From Paraspadella gotoi (Eukaryota; Animalia; Chaetognatha), in assembly GCA_051294375.1 (NCBI GenBank), contig CM119265.1, forward strand, positions 4,873,951 through 4,937,950: a stretch of DNA of 64,000 nt. Reading direction: 5' to 3'. Positions 40,230 to 51,381 of this stretch are shown piece by piece (position 1 is the stretch's first letter; the number at the start of each line of letters is the position of its first letter). Position numbers and translations under genes: made by a program. Below the pieces are notes generated by a model that made no database searches, was not told where the DNA came from, and was given only the letters and a program-made list of their open reading frames with translations.

Positions 40230-41552
40230 NNNNNNNNNNNNNNNNNNNNNNNNNAGAGGAAATATTTTATCTTGTTTGCCCTGCTGATTGATTCATCGTT
40301 AGATGTTACTACTTTGTTTGGATTCCAAGCGCCGTTGTTGATCTTGAAAAGTGCGCGCGGTTTACTGGTTCTTCCTTCTCAAACTTTTTTCTCTCTCTCT
40401 CTATTTTTTTTTTGTCCCTTCGAGTTGAGAGGAAAAAAAATGTAAATATTTGATTTTAAAAGAAACCGGCCTTTCAGGGGCCGAAGGGGGAAGGGAAAGA
40501 ATAATATTTAATCCTGTTTAATAATTGTTTTCTTATTCTTCTTCTTCTTCTCTCATTCGTCCTTTCATCGCGTCATTTCTAAATCTAATCAATGTCGCCC
40601 ATTGTGTTGTTGCCAAAGAAGGCAAGAAAGGTAAGGACTTGTTCCCGTTTGGCGAAAGCCAACTCCCAAGTCATCACTTCGCAACCATTTATAAAAAAAA
40701 CGAAACAAAAAATTATAAAATTTTACTCAGTTTCTTTCTTTGTTTGCATTTGTCTTTTTTATTCCGCTTTTTTTTTACTATTTAAACTTTTTCCTAAAAG
40801 TGTCGAGTTTAAAAAAAAATTGTGAGAGATATTTTAATAAAATTCTGCAGAAGGCATTATTTGAATTATTTCCAGACGTAAAATATTCGGAGGGGCGAGT
40901 GAGAAAAATCTCCCTCGTTTTTTCTACTTTTTCTTAATTTGTCTTTATATATCTACTTTTTTATTTATTACAACTATTTGTTTTTAAAACTTTTTTCACC
41001 TCTTTTTTTTACTCTACGTGAGTTGATCTTCAGCGAGAGAAAAAAAAGGCGAGCGGGCGTTTGTGCCAAATAAGGGAATCTTTGCCAGCAAAAAAGAACG
41101 ATTTCGTTTTTATACTTGTTTTTTTAATATTTACTTTTTCTCTTTTTAGCGTAAAAGGTTGTCTCGACATCTCGGCTTAGCATGTCTGTTTCGTCCTGCG
41201 CTTTTAAGATACGAACAAATTTCATCAAAGTGCTTTTTGTCACGTTTTCACTCTGTGTCGTTTTCACTCAGACTTAGCACTTAGCCACCAAGTTTGTTTC
41301 TCATATTCGCCCCACATTCGTCCAACACACGCACCATATTTTTTGAGACGCCGCCATTTAAAGCAGCCGAAAAAAAAAAGCGCGGAGCAACACTCCATAA
41401 GCAAGAGTATAAAAAAAGTACCTTCCATAGACGGGAAAGAAAAAAAGTCCACCGAGATGTGTGGCTTTATGAACGAAGCGGTGGTAAAAAATGTGGCATG
41501 ACGCGGGAAGGAGGAAGCCAAGAAACAAAAGTTACATTTGCACCAATCGCTC

Positions 41553-41636
<84 letters not shown>

Positions 41637-41647
41637 AGGAGCGTCGC
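39385..41647 (+). repeat. Direct duplicate of 49124-51393 (offset ~9741-9745)
   Basis: Matching ORF translations at 39609/49350 (identical), 40026/49767 and 41294/51039 (identical N-terminal parts). Both copies end (CT)n-aaggagcgtcgct and then diverge. Confidence 0.93.
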
Positions 41648-41920
41648 TCCTCCATAATCTCCCAACGGAAGAGGCGTGCGCGGCGTTTGACCCACAAACC
41701 CCATAAGTTCGCTCCCACGCTCGTATCTTTCCCCGGTTTTTATAACTTTTCCTTCGTCCCCGTCCCATTTCGTCTCGCTCTCCTCCGTCTGCCCCTACTA
41801 AATACGTATATTCCCGTTAGCCTTGGAGAATTCGTGTCTCTCTCTCTCTTCTTTCTCTCTTCTCTCTTTCACATTAAGCCATTAAATGTATTGCGCTTGC
41901 CTGCGCTCTCTCTCTGCTCT

Positions 41921-41967
<47 letters not shown>

Positions 41968-42027
41968 GGTTCTCTCTCTCATCTCTCTCATCTCCTCTCT
42001 CTCCCTCTCTCTAATCTCCCTCATTTA

Positions 42028-43437
42028 ATTGCCTCAATCCACTAACTTTTCGACATTTCAAAGATAATTTTTGAGTTTTTGTCTCGTTTCGTCTGTCAGT
42101 CGCCTTGGGCGGGATTAGGGCTGATTTCGACGGTATAAAGAAAAATGGAAAAAGAAAGCCGATTTTCATTTTTTTGGCAAAATCAAGCTTCCGATTACTT
42201 TTTTTTTCCCTTTTTCTTGTGAAGCCAACGGTGCGTCAATTTGTCGTTTGCGTTTTTTTGGCAGCCTGCGCACGGAGGATTAGCGTTTTCGACTCGTGCA
42301 ATCTGCGTGTTCGCGCTCGCGCACTTGGCGTTTTTTTTTTTGCCTTCTTTTCGAGCGTCAATGCGTCTCGTTTCGGGAAATTCGGGAAGAAGGATAAAGA
42401 AAACGGCGACCTCGGTCACGTGATCCGATAGTCACGTGACCCGAAAAAAGCTCGGCGCGAGTGACATAAATTAATACCCCCTTTTTTTCCTCACTTTCCC
42501 TTCAACGATTAACAAATCGACGACTCCACGCCTTCTCGTTTCCTTTTGTCCTTTTATTTTCCATCCCTCCTCTTCTCCTCCTAATTCTTCTTTTTAATTT
42601 CCTCCAGTCAAATGTCGACGTTGAAAATAAATCCCGCCCATCATAAACTTAATTGACACCCGCCTATACCGCCCCAAACCACCGCACCCGCTTACTCTTC
42701 TCTTCCTCATCCCAATCCCCTTTTCCAAAAAAAATCGCTTCTCTACTACCAGGGTTGATTGCGGTCTTCGCCTCTCATTTTCCTTTTTTTTTCAGACTAT
42801 TTCTTTTCCTTTTTTTTTCTCTTTTCCCTTTCTCCTTTTCTTCTTGGCTTCCTTCTTAGACTTAAGAACTCTTTTCGGCCCATGGAAACGAATGCCGTCA
42901 TGGTTCCATCTTCAAAAATGTAAACAGCTTCAGAGGATGCTCGCCCGCCTGGGGAGAATGCGAAGGAGGGAGGAGATAAGGAAAAGGTGGGGAAAGAAGT
43001 TGAAAAAGAAATAAGATTGATCGAAACGTGCAAATCGCAAGGGGGCCGCTGAAGAAACTGATCATGGAACAAGAGAAAAACGGGTAAGTTTCAGATGATG
43101 CCACGATTTCCCTTAGAAAAAAAGGAGGGAAGAAGAGTGAAGGAAGTAAAAGAGTCGATCACAGACGAACGAACCGAGATGCGTTGGGAAAAAGCGACGA
43201 ATTTAGAAAAAGTGACAGGGCGCGTGTCACGAAGCTCAACGAGCGAAAAAAAAAGAAGTGAATTTTGGGTGAAAATAAATGGAGGGATATTTTTGAACTC
43301 AGTTTTTGGCGAGAGCGAAGTACGAGGAGAAAAATGAAAGGAGAATAGAGACAGAAAAAGCCATGAAATAAAAAGATAAAAAGGGGAAAAACAAAAGAGA
43401 AGAGTGAAAAAAAAGGCGAATAAAAAGGTCAACTGAA

Positions 43438-43469
<32 letters not shown>

Positions 43470-43887
43470 CGAATCGAGAGAGAAAGAAGTTTTATTTTCG
43501 TGAATTGGAATTGTGATCTCGGTTCACAGCGAGGAGCGGAGGAGTTTTGAAAATGGAATTTCAGACACCAAACCAAAATCTTGGGGAAAGTGGTGAACGA
43601 GATTGGTTTCACAGGCCCTTCGATGCGGGGGAAAGGGATAAGCGGGGGACGGGGAAAGAAAGAAGAGTCACAACTTTCGGATGAAATTTAAACTAAAGGC
43701 AGTATTTTTTGTTTTCAATTTGTTTGATATATCGTTTAAAATCGCTTGCTCAAAATATATTCAAATAATTGGATTCAGCTACGCGTAAAGTATATAATTT
43801 AAAAGCTCACTCGTTCTTGCTCTCGGTCAAAGTGGCGTTTCTGTCCTCAACCCCTGCCATCACGACCTCAGAACACTTTCTCACTTG
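42028..43887 (+). repeat. Inverted copy of 46679-48428 (promoter and 5' coding part of the zinc-finger gene)
   Basis: gcctcaatccactaacttttcgacatttc (42031) is the reverse complement of gaaatgtcgaaagttagtggattgaggc (48393-48420). cagaacactttctcacttg (ends 43887, at a 25-N gap) is the reverse complement of caagtgagaaagtgttctg (46679). Confidence 0.93.
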
Positions 43888-44190
43888 NNNNNNNNNNNNN
43901 NNNNNNNNNNNNAAAAAAAGCACCTTCCATAGAACGGGGAAAGAAAAAAAGTACGGATGGCTTTATGAACGAAGCGGTAAAAAATGTGGCATACGCGGGA
44001 AGGAGGAAGCCAAGAAACAAAAAAAAGAGAGAGATGTTTTGCTGACCGAAAGATCAATTGGGGTCAGCAATATGAAAATTAACCAACACTCTCCGTCCTT
44101 CCTCAAAGAAGGAGGTTAAAATAGATAAAAGAATAAATCCACGTGGAACTTTTACCTTTTGAACCTTTACGAAAACCGATAATGAGCCTC

Positions 44191-45267
44191 TTAAGATGAG
44201 TTCGCGTTTTTGCGGGAACTTCGTATTGAATAATGGCCACTGCAGGGGCGGCGAGACGTGGGAGAAGGTCGGAGAACGCTCCCTGTGGCCGTGATGACGC
44301 GCGGGCGAGAAGGCCGCGACGCCACCGGACGAGGAGAGGAGGAGGAGGAGAGGAGGTGACCACTGTTGACGAGGCCGTTGATGGGGACTTTTTCAGGGCT
44401 TCCGCAGGCCAGACGTTGATAAGCGATGGAGGACTGTGCTCGGTAAAAAATGTCCTTGTCTTGCAAGAATGTTGCCTTAACGGACGGTTCATGGGAGTAC
44501 GTGCGGGAGGGAATGTAGGTCGCCGCCCGTGCGGGTGCCAAAGTAGCGTGTCGTGTTCGGCGCCTTTCTATCGGCTTTAAGCGGCGTTACCGACTCGATG
44601 GGTTCCGTCGGTTCCGACCTTGGACTTTTCGGTCGGCCTTGGCCGGCGTTGGGCTGCGCGCTTTGAACGTTCCTGTCGCGGGGAGGAAGAATGAGTCATC
44701 CTTCGCTCTCGAAACCGGAAATGTCCCTCGTCGAGATTCCCTTTTTTTCCTTCTCGCGTTCTTTTGCCTTCTCGCCCTTTTTTCTCTTCTTCTCGAAAGC
44801 GCCTTTTCCGCCGTCGACGGTCGGATCCCCCGATCCGAACGACCCCCATCTTCCCGCGTCGATCTCTCATCTCCGCTTTTTTCGATCTTCCGCCTCCTCT
44901 CTTCTCCTCTCAATCGCCGCCTTCTCCGCCCGCTCCTTCTCTCCCTCTCTCTCGCTTCCTTTTGGCTTCTTCTCTCTCCCTCCCTCTTTCCTCTCACAAC
45001 TCTTTCTCAATCACCTTCCAACTCCCTCCTTTTCTTCGCCTTCTCTTCCTGCCTCTGTTGCTTTCCTCCCGTTTCCCCTCTTCGCTCCTCGTCCTCTTCC
45101 TCCCTGCTGTTCCTCCTCCATCTTGGCGCTTCTTAATCGTCGGGGATCGATGAGTACGACCGACGAGGACGACGAGGAAGGTTTCTCTCTTTTTTCGACA
45201 TCGTTTTTATTTCGCCGTTAGTTCAATTTCTGGCCTCGAGTTCCTATTTTTTTATTTTTCGTGAATT
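44191..45267 (-). CDS. Downstream exon of C2H2 zinc-finger gene: E/K/R-rich coiled-coil-like segment then S/P/T-rich tail (frameshifted; 3' end uncertain, ~44150-44191)
   Basis: Starts after acceptor ctaaatttttcttAG (45268). Piecewise translation: KNDVEKREKPSSSSSSVVLIDPRRLRSAKMEEEQQ..EEEDEERR..QQRQEEKAKKRRELE..EKERAEKAAIERRREEAEDRKKRR..PKSPRSEPTEPIESVTPLKADRK. GC-rich with triplet GAG/GAA/AAG structure rather than dinucleotide repeat. Confidence 0.6.
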
Positions 45268-45462
45268 CTAAGAAAAATTTAGAATGTAAGGCGAATAAAT
45301 AATGAGAAAATGACTGAAATTGCGCGACGTGCGAATGATAATATTGCAATAGATTTATCCCCATTGCCTATTTACAAAACAAGATAACGCGACTAATAAT
45401 TATATTCCTAAATATGTTTAAATAGATTAAAGATCTATCTCGATTCCTTGTATCGCTGTTAC
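45268..45462 (-). other. 195-bp spliceosomal GT-AG intron
   Basis: Minus-strand donor AAG|GTAACA at 45463/45462 and acceptor ttttcttAG at 45268. AT-rich interior between two GC-richer coding-like blocks. Confidence 0.65.
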
Positions 45463-46560
45463 CTTTCTCCATTTGGGAATATCCCTTTCCCTAATCCATC
45501 CTTAAATCGACGTATTTCTGAGAGTAAATCCAGGATGTTTGCTTTCGACAGTGGTTTTCAAGAGATTTCCAGAAAAGCCGGTCGTTGTGAGGGCAGTGAA
45601 TGCATTTTTAAGGTCGATCGAAACCGAAAAATCGTTCCGTCCTTGACGCCCCATCTGCCAAACTCGATGAGTTTTCCAAAGGTGATCACCGCAATCCCCT
45701 TCGTCCGAAAGTTACGGTGACATTTAGGGCAAGGCGGTCGTCTGCGCGTTCAAGTGAACCGAGCCGTGGTGATCTTTTCATTCGGACCTTCGCCAAAAAA
45801 GACCTTGTCTGCATTCCGGACGATTTCGCTTTGTCGCAACGGGTGCTCCTCTCTTATGCCCGCTGAACTAAAAAACAAAACTGGGCTCTTGTAGTCGCAG
45901 GTGGGGCACTTGTGCAAATTGGCTCCGTCGGTGCAAAATCTGGTGTTTCCGATAGCAGTGGTTGAGATAAAGTTTCGCGCTGATGTGCTAACCCCGGCAG
46001 TTGGTGCATTTATATTCGAAACAAGAACCTGGTTGGGGTGGCCTTTTTTTCATGATCTTAAAATATAATTCGTTGGAAAAATATCTTGTCGCATTTATTG
46101 CAAAGAAGATTTCTTTTGCGGGGGGAGTGCTTTACGGCTCATGTGTTTGTTATCAAAGCTAGCCGAGCAGAGACTGTATCGCTTTTTTCCCTGGTTTCTA
46201 CAGAGAAGGGAGGCGGGGACGGGGGGGAGAGGGATGAGACGGAAGGGGTTAGAGATGGGAAAAGCGGCCGGTGGCGCACGCAAGAAAACGCTGCGTTTGG
46301 CGTGGGGCGCAGGCCGTGGATTGGCGCGAATTAGGCCGGGGGAAGTTTGTTTCTGTTTGCCCGNNNNNNNNNNNNNNNNNNNNNNNNNCCGCCGCTGCTT
46401 CCGACTTGGCGTTGTCGTCTCGAAGGACGTCCCTGTCGACGCCTTTGGCGAAAGATGCGTCCACCATCCACCCTACCACCCCACTTCACATCCCATTTCA
46501 TTCGCCGACCCCCTTCACCCTTTTCGCCATCGGTTGCGAATAGAATTAACGAAGTCATTA
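45463..46560 (-). CDS. C2H2 zinc-finger array exon (5 clear + 1 degenerate finger), broken by indels; 5' boundary uncertain
   Basis: Manual translation allowing 1-2 single-base indels per finger: CNKC-DKIFSNELYFKD-HEKRH (from 46102); YKCTNC-RG*HISAKLYLN-HCYRKH (46008-45943, one frame, exact C-x2-C-x12-H-x4-H with one internal TAG); HKCPTC-DYKSPVLF..-REEH (45908-45843); CPKC-HRNFRTKG..D-HLWKTH (45731-45667); KCIHC-PHNDRLFWKSLEN-H.ESKH (45604-45535); degenerate SLCSASFDNK-HMSRKH (~46175-46128). The upstream frame reads DASFAKGVDRDVLRDDNAKSEAAA. Confidence 0.82.
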
Positions 46561-46600
46561 ATCATGAATTCCTTCGGTCACACGGGTTTGGCCACTATCC

Positions 46601-46647
<47 letters not shown>

Positions 46648-46859
46648 ATCTCTCTCTCTCTCTGTTGGGTTGAGGCATCAAGTGAGAAAGTGTTCTGAGG
46701 TTCGTGATGGCAGGGGTGAGGACAGAAACGCCACTTTGACCGAGAGCAAGAACGAGTTTGCTTTAAATTATATACTTTACCTTAGCTGAATCCAATTATT
46801 TAAATAGATTTTGAGCAACGATTTTAAACGATAATATCAAACAAATTAAAAACAAAAAT

Positions 46860-47640
46860 ACTCCCTTTAGTTTAATTTCATCCGTAAGTGTGACTCTTCT
46901 TTCTTTCCCCGTCCCCCGCTTATCCCTTTCCCCCGCATCGAAGGCGTGAACCAATCTCGTTCACACTTTCCCCAAGATTTTGGTGAAATTCCATCAAACT
47001 CCCCCGCTCCTCGCGTGAACCGAGATCACAATTCCAATTTCACGAAAATAAAACTTCTTTCTCTCTTCGATTCGAAAAATAAAAAGAGAAAAAAAAAGAG
47101 GATTCGTTGACCTTTTTATCGCCTTTTTTTCCCTCTTCTCTTTGTTTTCCCCTTTTTATTCTTTTTATTTTCAATGGCTTTTTCTGTCTCTATCTCCTTT
47201 CATTTTTCTCTCGTACTCGCTCTCGCCAAACTGAGTCAAAAATATCCCTCCATTTATTTTCACCCAATTCACTTCTTTTTTTTTCGCTCTTGAGCTTCGT
47301 GACATCGGCCCTGTCACTTTTTCTAAATCGTCGCTTTTCCCAACGCCATCTCGGTTCGTTCGTCTGTGATCGACTCTTTAACTTCCTTCACGCTTCCTCC
47401 CTCCTCTTTTTCTTAGGGAAATCGTGGCATCTCTGAAACTACCCGTGTTCTCTTGTTCCATGATCAGTTTCTTCAGCGCCCCCTTGCGATTTGCACGTTT
47501 CGATCAATCTATTTCTTTTTCAACTTCTTTCCCCACCTTTTCCTCTATCTCCTCCCTCCTTCGCATTCTCCCCAGGCGGGCGAGCATCCTCTGAAGCTGT
47601 TTACAATTTTGAAGAGAGAACCATGCGGCTTCGTTTCCAT
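46860..47640 (-). CDS. Probable first coding exon of the zinc-finger gene (charged low-complexity N-terminus; 3' boundary uncertain)
   Basis: Long polypyrimidine tract + ttAG, then gcccATGG (ATG at 47640; 42882 in the inverted copy). The consensus of the two copies reads METKPHGS..TASEDARPPGENAKEGGDKEKVGKEVEKEI..EETDHGTRE..EKKEGRRVKEVKESITDERTE. Linkage to the finger exon is inferred from strand and adjacency. Confidence 0.5.
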
Positions 47641-48026
47641 GGGCGAAAGAGTCTTAAGTCTAAGAAGAAAGCCAAGAAAAGGAGAAAGGAAAAGAGAAAG
47701 AAAAAGGAAAAGGAAATAGTCTGAAAAAAAGGAAAGAGTGAGAGGCGAAGACCGCAATCAACCCCTGGGTTAGTGAGAGGCGATTTTTTGAAAGGGGATT
47801 GGGGAGAAGAGTAAGGGGGCGGTGGGGCGGTAGGCGGGTGGGCGGGATTTATTTTCAACGTCGACTTTGACTGGAGGAAATAAAAAGAAGAATTAGGAGG
47901 AGGAAGAGGAGGAAGATGGAAAATAAAAGACAAAGGAAACGAGAAGGGTGAGTCTCCGATTTGTAATCGTTGAAGGAAAGTGAGGAAAAAAGGGTAATTT
48001 ATGTCACTCGCGCCGAGTTTTTCCGG

Positions 48027-48053
48027 GTCACGTGACTATTCGGATCACGTGAC
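48027..48053. promoter_or_regulatory. Tandem extended E-boxes GTCACGTGAC + ATCACGTGAC (USF/MiT-TFE CLEAR-type) upstream of the zinc-finger gene
   Basis: Sites at 48027-48036 and 48044-48053, also seen in the inverted copy (42415-42424, 42431-42440). They lie ~390 bp upstream of the proposed ATG within a CpG-rich stretch. Confidence 0.55.
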
Positions 48054-48422
48054 GAGGTCGCCGTTTTCTTTACTCCTTCTTCCCGAATTCCCGAAACGGA
48101 GACGCATTGACGCTCGAAAGAAGGCAAAAAAAAACCGCCAGGCGCGAGCGCGAACACGCAGATTGCACGAGTCGAAAACGCTAATCCTCGTGCGCGTGCA
48201 TGCAAAAACGCACGACAATTGACGCACCCGTTGGCTTTCACAAAGAAAAAGGGAAAAAAAGTATCGAAGCTTGATTTTGCCAAAAATGAAAAAGTCGGTT
48301 TCCTTTTTCCATTTTTCTTTCCGTCGAAATCAGCCCTAATCCCGCCCAAGGCGACGACAGACGGAAACGAGACAAAAACTCAAAAATATTTTGAAATGTC
48401 GAAAGTTAGTGGATTGAGGCAT

Positions 48423-48528
<106 letters not shown>

Positions 48529-48554
48529 AGAGAGAGAGACGGAGAAGAAAGGAG

Positions 48555-48978
48555 GAACTTAGGATTAGTGGCCAAACCCGTACTGATGGACCGAAGGAAT
48601 TCATGATTAATGACTTTCGTAATCTATTCGCAACCGATGGCAAAAGGGTGAAGGGGCTCGGCGAATGAATGGGATGTGAAGTGGGGTGGTAGGGTGGATT
48701 GGTGACGCATCTTTCGCCAAAGGCGTCGGACAGGACGTCCTTCGAGACGACAACGCCAAGTCGGAAGCAGCGGCCGGGAAACAGAAACAAACTTCCCCCG
48801 CCGTAATTCGGCCGCCAATCCACGGCCTGCGCCCCGCCAAACGCAGCGTTTCTTTGCGTGCGCCACCGGCCTTTTCCCATCTCTAACCCCTTCCGTCTCA
48901 TCCCTCCCCCCCCGTCCCCGTCCCCGCTTCCCACTCTAACCCCTTCTGTCTCATCCCTCTCCCCCGTCCCCGCCTCCC
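48555..48978 (+). repeat. Inverted copy of 46205-46605 (second fold-back arm)
   Basis: acttaggattagtggccaaacccg (48557) is the reverse complement of cgggtttggccactatcctaagt (46583-46605). Similarity continues to the 25-N gap at 48979. Confidence 0.9.
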
Positions 48979-49127
48979 NNNNNNNNNNNNNNNNNNNNNN
49001 NNNATAAAACCGGGAAAAGATACGAGCGTGGGTCGAGACTTATGGGGTTTGTGGGGTCAACGCCGCGGCACGCCTCTTCCGTTGGGAGATTATGGAGGNN
49101 NNNNNNNNNNNNNNNNNNNNNNNTCTC

Positions 49128-49173
<46 letters not shown>

Positions 49174-49918
49174 CCCTTCGTTTTTGTTTTCTTTATAAAC
49201 CGTTTTATATTTAAAAAAAAAATTATCACAAGACCAAACAGAATCTCGAGAAAATTCCAAAATTCCACAGCTTAGTCTCGAGGTCTTTGAATCTCCCTCC
49301 CACGCCCGCCCGCCATACCACTCTTTTGATTTTCCTGCGACTTTGGCGCCTATCTTAACCAGTCCTTTCCTCTAAACTCCTCCTTTCTCCTCTCTGCCCT
49401 TACCCTATTTCGAGAAAGTTGATCCGGCCCCCCGGAGGAAAAAAAAAACCAGTTACTTGCGTCATAACAACCAAAGTCTCCAGCGAAAATCAAACGATTC
49501 CAACTTTTTTTATTCTTTTTCTTCCTCCAGTCTTTTTTTTCTTTCATTTTTTTTCTTGATCGAAGCCGTTATTTTTTCTCGTGAGAAAGGAAACCGTCTT
49601 TCTCAGATTAGGATGTAATTAAAACGGGGATTAAAAACTAAGGAGAAATTAAGAGTCAACAGATGTCGTAGCTTTGATGTTTATTCGTTTTCGTTCGCCT
49701 TTAAAACTAAACCTTTGAAACCGACTGAGAATGGGAGAAATCTTCGTTTAAAACTCGCGGAAAAGGTTGGGCCATCTTGAGAAGGATATTCGAGCGCGTG
49801 CGCGTGGTCCCGAGAGAGAGATGAGAGAGAAGAGAGAGAGGAGAGATGAGAGAGAGAGAGACGAGAGAGGAGAGAGGATGGAGAGGAGAAGAGAGAGAGA
49901 GACGAGAAGAGACAGAGA

Positions 49919-49970
<52 letters not shown>

Positions 49971-51297
49971 AGAGGAAATATTTATCTTGTTTGCCCTGCT
50001 GATGATTCATCGTTAAGATGTTACTACTTTTGTTTTGACGATTCCAAGCGCCCGTTTTGATCTTTGAAAAGTCGCGCGCGAGATTTCTGAATCTCCTTCT
50101 CAAACTTTTTTTTTTCTCTCTCTCTATTTTTTTTTTTTTTTTGTCCCTTCGAGTGAGAGGAAAAAAAATGTAAATATTTGATTTAAAAGAACCGGCCTTT
50201 CAGGGCCGAAGGGGAAGGAAAGAAATAATATTTAATCTGTTAAATAATTGTTTCTTATTTCTTCTTCTTTCTTCTCTCATTTTCGTCCTTTCATCGCGTC
50301 ATTTCTAAATCTAATCAATGTCGCCATTGTGGTTGTTGCCAAAGAAGGCAAGAAAGTAGGACTTGTTCCCGTTTGGCGCAAAGCCAACACCCAAGTCATC
50401 AACTTCGCAAACCATTTATAAAAAAAGAAACAAAAAATTATAAAATTTTACTCATTTTTCTTTTCTTTGTTTGCATTTGTCTTTTTTTATTCGCTTTTTT
50501 TTTACTATTTAAACTTTTTCCTTAAAAGTGTCGAGTTTAAAAAAAAATTGTGAGAAGATATTTTAATAAAATTCTGCCAGAAGGCATTATTTGAATTATT
50601 TCCAGACGTAAAATATTCGGGACGGGGCGAGTTGAGAGAAAAATCTCCTCGTTTTTTCTACTTTTTTTCTTAATTTGTCTTTTATATATTCTTACTTTTT
50701 ATTTATATACAACTATTTGTTTCTAAAACTTTTTTCACCTCTTTTTTTTACTCAACGTGTAGTTGAATCTTCAGCGAGGGAGAAAAAAAAGGCGAGCGGG
50801 CGGTTTGCTGCCAATAAGGGAATCTTTGCCATGCAAAAAAGAACGATTTCGTTTTTATACTTTTTTTAATATTTACTTTTTTCTCTTTTTATCCGTAAAA
50901 GGTTGTTCTCGACATCTCGGCTAAGCATGTCTGTTTCGTCCTAATGCCGCTTTTTAAGATACGAAAAAAAATTTCATTCAAGTGCTTTGTCACGTTTTCA
51001 CTCTGTGTCGTTTTTCACTCAGCACTTAGCCACCAAGTTTGTTTCTCATATTCGCCCCACATTCGTCCAACACACGCACCATATTTTTTGAGACGCCGCC
51101 ATTTAAAGCAGCCGAAAAAAAAAAGCGCGGAGCAACACTCCATAAGCAAGAGTATAAAAAAAGTACCTTCCATAGACGGGAAAGAAAAAAAGTCCACCGA
51201 GATGTGTGGCTTTATGAACGAAGCGGTGGTAAAAAATGTGGCATGACGCGGGAAGGAGGAAGCCAAGAAACAAAAGTTACATTTGCACCAATCGCTC

Positions 51298-51381
<84 letters not shown>

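Noticed and set aside
46053-46070. Splice acceptor/ATG (ttttaag-atcATG) as start of the finger exon
   Set aside because: It lies inside the CNKC...HEKRH finger, so coding sequence continues upstream.
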